A stretch of 64,000 bases of DNA, taken from positions 101,370,001 through 101,434,000 of the forward strand of contig OZ287748.1 in the NCBI GenBank assembly GCA_965649765.1, in the 5' to 3' direction. Of the stretch, positions 36,708 to 49,639 are shown one piece after another (position 1 is the stretch's first letter; each line of letters begins with the position of its first letter). The notes below the pieces were generated by a model. It was not told where the DNA came from. It made no database searches and worked only from the letters and a program-made list of their open reading frames with translations. The translations under genes and the position numbers were made by a program. Origin of the DNA: Bispira polyomma. Taxonomy: Eukaryota.

Positions 36708-39099
36708 AAAAGGGGTGAGCAAAAAAGTAGGTTTGTCTATAATATTAAATTTAAGGATATACAATTATTTGAGAGGTCTGTGTGTCAGAAAATGTGTAAA
36801 TATGTGAAGGGCACCAGACCAGGCTTGAGCTATAGCCAGGCGTTGCAAGAGACTGGCCCAGTTCAAAAGTATGGGTGTGTAAATAGAAGTGTTGATAATG
36901 TACAGGTAAAACAGGCAAGGTTTGACAAGAGTAAGGTGACGATAGTACATAACAAAAGTGACACCTTGGTGAGGCCCCTTGGTACCTCTGTGAGCCAATT
37001 GACACCCATTGTGAAGCCTGACACGTGTGCGAAACAAGACAAGGGGATAACAAAGGAGGTCAATTGTTCGAGATTGAATAGGGGCGAAGAGAGGCGGGTC
37101 AATGGGGGTGTGGCTGTCCTCCCTCTTGCTAACAGGTATACAGCTCTAATGTTGCTGCCGGTCGATGACAGTGAAAATGTTGACGAGCCCGTTCGATTCC
37201 TTTCTGTTACTAGTGACAAGCCCGTTAACCGAGGCAAGGCGAGGAGTAAAACTGCTTCCGAAGACCGCCCGGGAAGTTCCGAATGTTCCGATATATACGC
37301 TCGTGCTTTGAAACAGAAAGGAAATAAGAAAGGCATGTTAGCTAAGGCTGCCTCAAATCCTACTTACAGAAAATGGCAAGCTCAAAGTCAATATGCATAT
37401 GGATTCACTCCTCTCTCTGCTCTGGGCTGTGAGATTGCAGATCATGGTGGGGGAGGGCCCGAACTTTCCATATTGGAAATGCATGACTTAATTCGGGCTG
37501 ATGGGAGACACAATTATGAAGGGTTGCAAATCCCTGTTCCCTCTCAATTAAGACCAGAGAGTTGGAAAAAATACCTTAAAAATTACTGGGATTGGCAATT
37601 GCCTCTCCTCATAAAGTATGGATTCCCCCTAGACGTGGATCATTCAGTTCAACTGGAATCCAGTGAGATTAACCATAAATCGGCTGAGGAATATCCACAG
37701 CATGTAGAAGCTTATATGCAAGAAGAATGTGAGTTAGGAGCCATGTTGGGGCCATTTGACAAACCTCCCATTCCGGGCTTGCATTGTTCTCCCCTTATGA
37801 CGAGACACAAACCGAATTCAATTAACCGGAGAGTAATTGTAGACTTAAGTTGGCCTCAAGGGGGGTCGGTTAATGCGGGAGCATCTCCTTCCTCTTGCTT
37901 GGGTGTTGAATTTTTGCTGTCTTACCCATCTATTGATAATCTCACTAGTGAGGTGGTAAAATTGGGTAGAGGATGCGAGATATTCAAGGTCGACATAAGT
38001 AGGGCGTTCCGTCACGTACCCATTGACCCTGGCGACGTTGACCTCCTAGGTCTAAAGTGGAAGTCCTATTATGTGGACAGATCTCTGCCGTTCGGATATC
38101 GTAATGGTAGCACGATTTTTCAGAGAATTTCGGATGGCGTGCGTTTCATAATGCACTCTGAAAATCATAATGTCCACAACTATATCGACGATTTCTTGGA
38201 TTTCTGTTCCCAGCAAAATTCAAAAAACTTACCTGAGATTGCAAAAACTGCTACAAGAATTGGGGTTGACAGTAAGTCAGAAAAAATTGGTTCCTCCCAG
38301 CACACAGGTTGTCTGCTTGGGCATAGTGGTGGATACCATTCGTGGTACTACTTCCATCCCGGTTGAGAAGTTAAGTGAAATTAAATATAAGTGTCAGGAA
38401 TGGAAATCCAAAAAATTCTGCACTAAGAGGGAGCTCCAGTCTTTACTTGGCTTGTTATTGTATATTTCTAAATGTGTGAAGTATGCTCGTGTCTTTTTGA
38501 ATAGGATGCTGGAACTGTTAAGAGATAATTACACCAGAAAGTATATTACCATCAACCCTGAATTCAGGCGTGACTTAAATTGGTTTACTACTTTTGCAGA
38601 ACAGTTTAATGGAGTCTCTTTCTTTATGCCTAAGCCCATAACTGGTGAGATTGAATTAGATGCCTGCCTTACTGGAATGGGGGGTATTTTTGAGAAACAA
38701 GTGTACCAAATTAACATTCCTCCAGAAATGAGTGAGGTCAATATTGCTTCTTTGGAGATGCTTAACATCCTGGTAGCTTTAAAATTGTGGGTTCATAAAT
38801 GGAAAGGTCGTAGAATATTGGCCAGATGTGATAATCAGGCAGTTGTAAGTGTCTTACAGACAGGGCGCACCAGAGATCCGGACTTAGCCACGTATTCTAG
38901 GAATATATACATGTTAGCTAGCAAGTTTAATATTGATATTGTTGTCATACATATTTTGGGTAAAGAAAATAAAATTGCAGATCTGCTGTCAAGATGGACT
39001 GAAACTGAAGCCAACCATTTGTTGTTATTTAGGTTAGCTGGGCCTGTCCAGTGGCTGCCTGCTTGCCACAGTTTATTAAAAGTTAACTCACTTATATAG
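36702..39099 (+). CDS. Ngaro pol: RT + RNase H (frameshift near 38200)
   Basis: KVDISRAFRHVP, LPFGYRNG, YIDDFL, ELQSLLG.L, LDACLTGMGG, IASLEMLN, CDNQAVV, HILGKENKIADLLSR. Confidence 0.92.
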
Positions 39100-39133
39100 C
39101 ACGTGTTAGTCATGTTTTCCAGATATACAACCT

Positions 39134-40109
39134 GTGGCCATCTCCTTGATGCAGAAAGCTTGTGACAGACTTGAACTTGCCTTCACCCCTGCCACTAACA
39201 GAGCCTACAACAGAATGTTCAGGCTGTTCTTGGCGTTTGGAGCCTTTATGTCATGGCCTCTTAAAAAGGTGACTGTGTTATATCTCATAGCATATTTAGA
39301 GTTTTTAACGTTTAATGGTGTGTCGGCGAGTCAAGTTCTTAATCATCTTTCTGCCATTAAGGCAAAGTGTGTCCTCTTCCATATATCTGTAGACGCTTTT
39401 TCTGATAAAAGAATCACCTATTATAATAGAGCTTTGGCAATGCATAGACCATTGCAAGTAAAACTTAAGTCAATTTTCGACGTCCAGTTGTTGAGGTCTC
39501 TTATTATAAAGTGTGACAGCACTTACATGGGTCAAATTTTTAAAGCAGTTTATCTCACCAGTTTCTTTTCCTTTCTGAGGCTGTCTAACCTCTGTGCTCA
39601 TTCGGTTGCTGCTTACTCTCCTCTTAAGCAGCTTGCAAGGGCTGATGTCCTTTTCAAGCCAGGGTATGCTGTCCTCATTGTTAAATGGTCTAAAACCCTT
39701 CAGAACAATAATGCCGTTCGTTTGCTCACCATACCAGCTTTAACCAATTCCATTTTATGTCCGGTTCAAGCTTTAAAAAACATACTGTCTATTTCTCCCA
39801 AAGGGGAAAGATTTGCCCTTGTTTCGATTTAAGCAGAATGCCATTTCGACTCCCCTCACTGATACTAGGGTTCGCAGGCATCTTAAGAATGTCTTACTAA
39901 TGCTGGGCCCGCAGTACTCTGGCTTGACCTTTCACGCCTTCAGGCGTTCAGGTGCCACGTTTGCCTTTAACAATAATGTCACCATTCAGGACATCCAAAG
40001 GCAAGGCACCTGGACGTCCGATTGCGTCTGGCGTTACATTTCGGATTCTGCCAATGCTGGTACTCAAGTTGCCGATTCCTTCAAAACTATTCTACAAGAT
40101 ACGCACTAG
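39134..40109 (+). CDS. Tyrosine recombinase (frameshift near 39808)
   Basis: Catalytic R (FLRLSNL), K (KWSKT), CPV, HxxR (FHAFRRSGAT), GTW..D..WRY. Confidence 0.92.
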
Positions 40110-40120
40110 AATTTTTGGGT

Positions 40121-40734
40121 TTGGTGGCATGACTGTAACATCTAGTCAGTTTAACATTGCAAGTAGCATATTAATTACCTGTAAACTAAATGAATTAACT
40201 GTGGGCATAAGGTCCCCCGGTATTATTAAAGTACATATTGTACTCATGTAATTAAAGTTGCACTTAAACCCTAAGTCAAACTTTAATTTGTTAATCTTCA
40301 AAGTCATATTTAAGTTTCAACTTAAATCAAATTTTCTAAATTCAACTTCTTTATTAGTTAGGGTTACTTAAACTCATTCTGGTTTAACCTAAAGTCCTAA
40401 ACTCAGTTGAGTTAAGGGGACCTTATGCTCACACAAAGTGTATATCATGTCAAAGAACTGTACATAAATATCTTAGTAATAGTAGCTGTAAATATGAAAT
40501 AAAATATATTTAACCGCAGTATTGTCTTTCTATGACTGGTTCGGTTAATTGAGTTTCCTCAGGCACTACTCCGAGGAAGTGTGTAAGCGAACGCCCTCAG
40601 CGTTCGTGGCCTCAGTTCTGGGGTACCAGCCTGTTCTACTATTATGGGATGGTGTACGACTATATAAGGCTCTCCTTTTTCAAATTCTCCCGCCTTTATC
40701 GTTTCGTCAGCAGAGCAACAACTAGTTTAAAATT
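40121..40734 (+). repeat. Ngaro B1-A2 internal junction
   Basis: ...ccgaggaa-gtg-tgtaagcg... Confidence 0.95.
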
Positions 40735-41473
40735 CCCACCCTCCACTTACCCCTTTTAGTTGGAATGTTGCTACTATTGGTACGGATATATTAGTATGGA
40801 TGTCTTAACAAATGTTGCATATATTGTTGTTAAATGCTACTGTGGTTAGCTATGTATTTTCAGACAAATGGGAGTCAGAATAACTTTGTCAAATGCCTCA
40901 CTGCCTTGTTGGAGTCCACCACTGGGACCTGCCGTTTGTATGTGACATCAAGGGATTGTGTCATCAGAGTGTAGAACAGTCTGGCAGACTAGTGTCTGGG
41001 CCGGTGTAATATGTCAGTGGTGGACTCTGCGTAAAATATTATAATTTACATTATCTACATTTTACTTAAAAGTTTACCTTCTTTTATACAAGTTTACATT
41101 ACATGTGTCAATTCATTGGATAAGGGGTCGTATTATTCGATCACGTAAGGGCGTTGCGGTTTGAGCTAGATGTAATGTAGCATAAAATGGGCTAAACGTA
41201 TATATAAGTTTCTTTTAGTAATCATAATGTGGTACTTACCTGGGGCTTTATACATTATTGTTTATAAAGTTATTGGGCAGGATGAAGTTTACATTGGTTT
41301 TAAATTCCTCAATCATAGTGCATGAACTATTTTATAACATTTTACATCTTTTACAAATTATTGATTGTAACTTTTGTTATTAATATTTTAAATATCAGTC
41401 GCAACTGAGTTGCTACTGGGGTTCTGATGTACTATGGTTGCGGTTCTGTGATATGCATGATAGAGTATGCGGG

Positions 41474-41931
41474 TTGGTGGCATGACTGTAACATCTAGTC
41501 AGTTTAACATTGCAAGTAGCATATTAATTACCTGTAAACTAAATGAATTAACTGTGGGCATAAGGTCCCCCGGTATTATTAAAGTACATATTGTACTCAT
41601 GTAATTAAAGTTGCACTTAAACCCTAAGTCAAACTTTAATTTGTTAATCTTCAAAGTCATATTTAAGTTTCAACTTAAATCAAATTTTCTAAATTCAACT
41701 TCTTTATTAGTTAGGGTTACTTAAACTCATTCTGGTTTAACCTAAAGTCCTAAACTCAGTTGAGTTAAGGGGACCTTATGCTCACACAAAGTGTATATCA
41801 TGTCAAAGAACTGTACATAAATATCTTAATAATAGTAGCTGTAAATATGAAATAAAATATATTTAACCGCAGTATTGTCTTTCTATGACTGGTTCGGTTA
41901 ATTGAGTTTCCTCAGGCACTACTCCGAGGAA
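41474..41931 (+). repeat. Ngaro repeat B2
   Basis: Near-identical to 40121-40578. Confidence 0.95.
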
Positions 41932-44790
41932 CTGCTGTATAGTATTCTTAATGTCTATGTACATCCCTGGCCAAAAGATCCGATCCCTAGCTTTTCTGGT
42001 ACATGCCTCTAACCAGAGATGACTACTGTGTACTTTCTCATGTTGTGGGGAATTACGACCTTTTGCCCTTTGTGTAGAATAACATTTTGCACACCAATTT
42101 CCTCTCTAAACGTCCAGTATTCCTGAATGTTTTCTGGAAGCCGGGTCTTTCCTAAAGGCCATCCATCCAGCACTATTTCCTTTAGGGTCTGAATGGAGTC
42201 ATCTTGTTGTGTTTCTGTCTGGACTCTGTTTAAGGTTGCTTCTGTAAAGTAACTGTGTTCTGTTGGCCTCATTTCTTTAAGACTTGTATAAAATACAACA
42301 TAGTGCTGGTCCTTAGTTTCACCCTGATTGCTCAGCAGTTTAATTCGTGACAGAAGGTCTGCAATATACATTGAAGCTCCCGCCTTGTGACATACTTGTA
42401 ACTGGTATTTCGGCAACCTTAGTAGCATTCTTTGGAGTCGTTTTGGAGCACGAAGGATGTTTTTCTTTAAGACAATTTCTAATAGCTTGTGATCTGATTC
42501 CACCTTAACATTGTCTCGGCACAAGAGATACTGATGGATTTTGTCACAGGCGAAACATAAAGCAAGGCATTATTTTTCTATGACTGCATAGTTTTGTTCT
42601 GTTGGAGTTAGTGCCCTTGCTGTAAATGATATTGGCTGTCCCTGCTGCAATAATGTTGCACTGAGACCTTTGTCTGAGGTGTCACATTATATGGTCACTG
42701 GTAAACTTGCACCATAGTATCTGAGTATTGGTTGCATTGTGACAAGACGTTTGCATTCCTGGAAAGCCTTTTCCTGCTGATTTTTCCAATACCATCTCGC
42801 CTCCCTTTTTGTCAGACGTCTCAATGGTTCACACATATCTGATAGGTGAGGTAGGAACTTTGCTAGCTAGTTTATAAATCCAGTGAATCTCTGCACCTCT
42901 TTAACGCAAGTTGGTCTCGGCATGTCCACAATGGCCGTAACATTTTCCGGGTCTGCTTTCACGCCGTCTGAAGACAAAATGTGACCTACATACTTCACCT
43001 CATTCAGCCTAAGTTTTGCCTTTTTTCTGTTTAGTTTGAGATTTATTTTGCAACATTTTTCTCAAAGTTGCCTTAGGTTTTGGTCATGAGTTTCTGTTTC
43101 CCTTATTGTGTCCCCAGACCCACACACAAGGATGTCATCTGCAATAATTTTGATGCCTTCTAGACCTTCCAGAGCTTCCTATTGGCGCTTCATGTATTCT
43201 TGAGGTGCTACATTAATACCAAATGACATTCTCAGTCATCTATATCAGCCAAATGGCGTCCAAAAGGTAGTTAGGTAGCTACTCTCTTCATCCAATTCAA
43301 TTTGATGAAATCCATCTTTGGCATCTATTACTGAGAACACTTTGGCTTTTGCTAAGCTTGGCATGATTTCTTCAATTGTGGGCAAGGGATATTGGTTTCT
43401 TTTGAGAGCTTTATTTAAGTCTTTTGAACAAATACAGATTCGCAGTTTTCCTGGTTTCTGTACTGCCACCATTGAGGAAATCCATTCTGTGGGAGTGTTC
43501 ACTCGTTGAGGTATTCCAGATATTTCCATAGTCATAATCTTTGCCCTAAGTTCTTCTTTTGTTGCTATGGGCACCTTTTGTGGGGTGTGCTGTACAGGTT
43601 GAACGGTTTTGTCCACTTCCAAATGTAGTTTGTCAGGAAGGCTCCCCAGGCCTTCAAATACATCCTTATATTCATCCAGTAATTGTTCTATGTCAGCTGC
43701 TTCTTTGTTGAAGTTTACATTTGCTTGACTACTCTGTCCATATTTTGGCTTATCCTTAGCTTCGTTCTGCTTTGTATTGTGTATTGTTATTAGTCCTAGC
43801 TTCTGACATGTCTTTGCACTCAAAAGTGGCCGTCTGTGACTCTATTTGTCACTATCTCAAACCTTAATTTCTGTGTCTGTTTTCCATGACTTGCATACAT
43901 ACTAAATACTCCTAGGGGTTTCATGTATGATCCATCATAGAAGTTCAATTTGATATTGCTCTGTCGGAGCTGTGCATTGGGTACTAACTTGTTGAGATCC
44001 TCTATTGACATAATGTTACAAGTAGTTCCTGTATCCATCAAGCACACCACAGACTCTGGTTTACCACCTTTATTTTTAGTAAACATCAGTTCAATCATTG
44101 GCTGTTTACCCCCAGACTTTACATTTGCCAATGTGTGTTCAAAAGAAAAGCATGCGTTGTCAGTTGAGTATTCCTCTTTTACATACTGTGTCACATTTGG
44201 TGCACATTTTGGAAAACATTTTCTTTTCTTGCATTTTCTGCTTCCGGCCCAGTGGTTCATCTGGTGACAGGTTCTGCATTCTGTGCTGTATGCTGGACAA
44301 TTATCTGCCCAAAATCATGAACTTGTAGACAAAAGATAGTTTATTTTGTTGGTTTTGATCTACTTTTCTTCAGCTTTTCTTTCTTGGTAAACTGCACTGA
44401 TTCTTCTGTATGTTCTTGTTCTATTTGGTGTATCTAATGACCTGCGATCTCACGTTCTCGTAGTTGGTCAACAGCGCCATGAATGTCCACAGCCTTCTCC
44501 CTGAACATTCGGGCTCTGGCTGCTTTAACTCGTGCCCCTAACACAATCCTATCCCTCAATAGGCAGTCCTTTAGAGCACCAAAGTTGCATGAACTTGTGG
44601 GTTGTCTAAGTTTGGTGACCTACTGATCAACTGTTTCATATGGCCCTTGGCCGCAGTTGTAAAACATATACCTTTCATAAATTTCATTGTGCTTCGGCTT
44701 GAAATAGTTTTCTAATTCTTTCAAGCACTTTGTTGGATCTTTTTGGTCCTCATTAGATATTTCCAGATTTTGGAATGCTCTTAAGCATAA
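41932..44790 (-). mobile_element. Decayed Gypsy LTR retrotransposon gag-protease-RT-RNase H
   Basis: gag (YERYMFY..LRDRIVLG), protease (MDTGTTCNIM), RT (DAKDGFHQIELDEESSYLTTFWTPFG, IADDILV), RNase H (ESDHKLLE..APKRLQRMLLRL); many stops. Confidence 0.9.
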
Positions 44791-45276
44791 TAAAGTTTAA
44801 ACACTGCATTTGCACTGAATTTGCCTTGTCATCGATTGTGGCACTATATAATATAACCAAAAGTATCAAATAAAACAAGAGGTAATGGATTTTAAATATC
44901 AACAAGGATAACTGAAAATATATATAGTATAACCTTGATTATCTTTCGATGGATTAGGCAGAAATATAATTGGTCTGGAAAAGATAGTGTAGAAATGGAA
45001 TTATATAGAGATAGTATTGATGCCAATTACTGTTTACTTTAATATTAAAACTACCGGAGGGGTGAATATTAAAAAAAATATGATGAAAGAAGATATAATC
45101 AGTACAATACTAGCCTTGTAGGGCGAGTACTGTGCGTTTTATCTTCTGGAGTCATTGGATAACATTGGATAATGCTGATATTTTGTATATGTGAAATTTT
45201 TTGAACAGTTTATGGATTCCTTTCTTTACTATGGCAATATTAAAACAGCCCCAAACTCTTTATAGTGTTTGTTTAC

Positions 45277-46078
45277 TGTTACATATAAGGACATTGTTGT
45301 ATGTCAGTCGACAACTGGTCTAGCAAAAACTGATATTTCTTACACTCTGCTAGAGTGATCTATATAAATATTTAGGAAAACCCCTAAGCTTCTAGAAGCC
45401 GGTTCTATTTTGTTTCTGTTTTTATTGGAGTTGTGTTAATCTGTTTACATTTCATTCTGGAACATTCTAGCAATTGTTGTTTACATACTCTAGAACTTTC
45501 TCTCACTGTAGTATATATAAGGGTTGAAAGTCTGACCACAGACTAGAGTTTATTGAGTTGGTGTGCTATATGAACTGCTATACTGTGAAACACTTTATTT
45601 CTTTTCCTGTGGATATAAACTGATTATTATATACGTTTTGTGGTGAACTCATTGGAGTGAACTGGATATAAAGTTGTGGATCTACTAGAGATTGGATTTG
45701 CTGCATATTGGATATTGTTCTGGAATGGATAGCTTAGTTGTGCAGACTCTCTGGATATATACATTCGAACGGATAACAGGATACAGGCATTGTGTGTTAG
45801 TGGACACAGAGCAGATCTCAAGACAGATTGCTGGATACAGTGGAGAAACTTGTTTAATTGATATTTACGTGGATAGGACTGTGGTCAGGTCAGATTGCTT
45901 TCATTATTGTATTGTTGTATTATTGTATGAACTATTAACAGTATCTCAGTTGACTGTAATTGTGTAATTGTTAGTTTAATTGTTAAATAAATTTGTTGAG
46001 TGAAACTTTTTGTCTTTTCCTGTTACAACTTGAAAGCAACCGGTAATTGCTACGGAGCTTGTTCCTCTGACAGTAACA
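45277..46078 (+). mobile_element. Solo LTR (802 bp)
   Basis: TGTTAC...GTAACA inverted termini, 4-bp TSD TTAC on both sides, tatataag box near 45515. Confidence 0.8.
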
Positions 46079-46404
46079 TTACGTGTTAAACCCTCCATTA
46101 TGACGTCACAACACAAATCTGAAAGCCATGAAGTACAGACTTGGTACCATAAAGAATTATCTTTAAATTCATATTTATAAAGTACTAAAAATCGAGTTTA
46201 ATATACTATTATGTAGTTTAAGGTTTATATTATATTTTAACTACACTTCTAACAACTTTCTGTCTGAAATATTACGCAAAATTGACACTAAAACACTTAA
46301 TTCCTGTAACTACTACAGTTTTCATATACACATTTACAGGCGCCGGGTGATACGGTTCATTATATCACCCAGTCGTGTCGGATACATTGCACTAGTCCTC
46401 TATT

Positions 46405-48415
46405 TGTAAGCGAACACACCAAGCGTTCTCGGCCTCAGTTCTGGGGTACCACTCTGATCACTATTATGAGATGGATGGACGAGTAATATAACCCATCGCC
46501 TTTCAAGTGTCTCACCTTTTTTACCGTTTCGTCAACGCAAGAACCAGTATTCAAAAAACCCATCCTCTACTTCCCTGTTTATTTGTAGTTAACGCCTAGT
46601 CACACGTACACGTGATGATGTCCCCCAACGTAGCACAACAATATAAACTGAAAACTTGGTCGTTATATGTCAAAGTGACGTCATATTCAAAAAGGTGCAG
46701 TCGATTGTGACGTTTTGTGATGTTTCGTGACCATGTTGGTACTTATGCACACTAAGCGGGGGCAAAAATCTAACACTTTACTTGTAGGATATCACTACCT
46801 TCTACTATGTAGATCTACTATACTGCTAATTACTGGTGCGTTCAGTTGCCTTCTGCTACTTAGTGAAACGTTTTCGATTAAAGGAGATGAGTGGAGACAA
46901 TCTCACTACTTACTGGGACTTCCTCGCTACCTACTACTATGTAGAGCTACTTACTGATTCGTCTATGCTACTTTCAGAAACGTTCTGGGACAAACAGAGA
47001 AATGTGGAGAAATGGGAGGTGTGAGACGATTGTTTCAAACAGTTTGAAATAATCGTGGTAGCAGACCAAACGGAGACGTTTCCGGAACGATATCATCCGT
47101 TAGGCAACGTTAGGCAAGGTTGCTAAATAATTGAAAACATCACACACACGTAGCTCCTACACGTGTAGGTGTGACTGGGCTATTACAGATGTAATGGACA
47201 AGTGTGTGACTGTGCTGTATAAATATATATATGGACACCATTTGTGAGGCTGCGTTGCCTTCACCTTGACGAGACGTGTGTACGCTTTGGTGTTCTCCTA
47301 TTACACCACCACCAACCTGGCCGGTTTGTCCGTGCCCCTTCGTTACTTGTTTTCAGCTGATTGTTTATGAACAGTGATGGCAAACGATCGTGCCTGGGCT
47401 TGGTCCCTTTATGTATATTGCAAGTTGACGATTTGTGAAGTCTCAGTATTGCTTATAGTCCCAGTATTTCTGGACCTTGTATGATTTTTTCTTCTGGAAA
47501 AGACAAAGATCTCATTGTATTGAATTGACTTTATATTAAAAACACTGTGCTACCTACATTTCCCACCTGAGTTATATATCTAAGGTTAAGGGACCGTATT
47601 GCTCGACCATGTAATGTTTCTGGATGATTTTAGCTAGTAGGAAAATTTAAACTCTGGGCTTCGAGATGGCCGTCATAGTTAAATATGACTGAATAGTGCC
47701 TGGGCTGATGGCTGAACGAGGTAAAAAGGCTGTACATAGAAAAGTTTCTTTTGAATCATGGTGCATTATAGGCTTATATTTTAACAAGTAAATATGATAT
47801 TATACTGACTTCTTATATGTAGAGTGCATCATTCAGGAAGAATAAACAGTAATGACTGATTGTTACATTTTATACCATTTTATAATGCTTCTTTTAAAAA
47901 ACATTTTATTTATTTTACAAATCAAATACAATTATGACTTATTATGTATGTACCATAGTTATTGTATTAATCTTGTTGTGAATATATACATATACATATA
48001 TGGTGGTCTGACTAAAACATTTAGTCAGCTTAATATCTTAAACATGATAAATAATATATCTTTTTAATTGACAGTAAATAAAATAGTTTAACTTTTTGGG
48101 CATAAGGTCCCCCTTCACTACAACAGTACATAATGTACTCGTGCATTTAACGTTGGACTTAAACCCTTAACCTTAAATTATAAACTCTTTAATTTTGAAC
48201 GTAAACTCAAACATTTATCAAATCTTCAAATTTAAACTCTTAAACTCACTAAGGTTAAGGTGACCTTATGCTCAGAATATTTTACCTTGTGATAGAACTG
48301 TATATAAACATTGCTAGTATTGGATATCATATATAATAAAATATTTAACCAAATTCCTTGGCCTCTCTTCAATGTATTGGTTAAATGTATTCTGATCTGA
48401 CCACACACCGAGGAA
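46405..48415 (+). mobile_element. ORF-less Ngaro remnant (A - spacer - B)
   Basis: Starts tgtaagcgaac..ggcctcagttctggggtacc (A homolog) followed by cccatcctc; ends with a B homolog (tggtgg..gggcataaggtcccc..ccgaggaa). Confidence 0.85.
46594..47180. mobile_element. MITE (PIF/Harbinger-like TIRs) nested in the Ngaro remnant
   Basis: gcctagtcacacgtacacgtg ... cacgtgtaggtgtgactgggc (19/21 inverted match); TSD unclear. Confidence 0.6.
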
Positions 48416-49639
48416 CTCACGTTCATTGACCCCTTCCACACACTTTAGTTAGTGTTCTCTGATCCTAGGAATTAAAGGTGGTACTACTTGAACATATATA
48501 AAACATACACAATAACTGGGAGTTAATACAATACTACATTCGTTGATACTACCACTGGCATGTGTAGAATTTAGAATCAATCTCTCTCAATGAAAGCCAG
48601 TTCCATTTTATATATTTCTAGTATCCTGAATAGTGTTTTTCCTTCAAACATTGAGTAAATATGTAGAGTTTTACAAATTGAGATTGTGAAATAACCAATT
48701 TTCTTGATTCTAAAAGTATTAAAGTAAGCATTTTACAATGATATACTGCTTTGACTCAACATGTAAAAATTGTATAACTCATGCAGATTTTTGAAATTAA
48801 AACTGTATTATAGGAATAAAGGTATGTTATTATTCTTTAAACATTTGATACTGTGTGTCAGTTAATTACTGACAGTTATGTAAACCGGTCACCAGTTATT
48901 GTGTAGATATATTTTTTTCTGCTCTCATATTGTCAATGTACAAATAAAGTTGTTACAGCTAAGCGGGGTTTTTTTTCATAACTCTTTTTAGAAAATGAAA
49001 AATTAGAGGTTCACAGTGGTAATACTGGATACATTCCAGCCATCCACATCCCAGCAGGCTACCGACCCCACTACACGCCGGTCATCCACTCAAACAGCAT
49101 TATCTTGTTCACGAGGAGATGTAATTTTTACAAAATATTAGTAAATTTATTTTGTAATTGGTTTGGGTAATTGCAAAATGTTACTTGATACAATTTCGCA
49201 AAGTTAAAGGTTTCTCATTGGGATACCAGAATGTCAAAGTACAGTGAACAACGGAATTAGTAAGAGATGTATTATCATATATTGTCAGGTACATTTAAAA
49301 TGTGGTCATGTATTAAGTGGAAAGTCCTAAGAAACCCTGTTTTTTTTGTTTCCCTCAGGTGGCAGGACCTGTAAGGGAACTCGAAGACTCTCTGTCACCC
49401 AGTGCGATAGCGAGTAGTCTAGTAGGGTAACATCTCGTCGAATACCTGAATGTTGACCTGCATCTCATACAGGATGTGGACTGGTTCTATTTTAGCCTGG
49501 ACTCTCAAAGACTGGAATAATCCTCAATTCTTTCGCTTGAAGAACTGTCATTAGCACCAATGTCTTCATACGTAAACTTGTACCTCACATTTGCAAACAA
49601 AACAATGAAATGAAAGGAATGAAAGCTGTTGTAATTGTA

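Larger units (their letters stand above)
35383..41931 (+). mobile_element. Complete DIRS/Ngaro retrotransposon, copy 2, with A1-ORFs-B1-A2-B2 split direct repeats
   Basis: A1 35383-35535 matches A2 40582-40734 (153 bp); B1 40121-40578 matches B2 41474-41931 (458 bp, one mismatch seen); gag, RT/RNase H and YR are present. Confidence 0.96.

Noticed and set aside
45277-46078. 5' LTR of the adjacent Gypsy element
   Set aside because: It has its own 4-bp TSD, appears to face the other way, and does not resemble 34665-34902.
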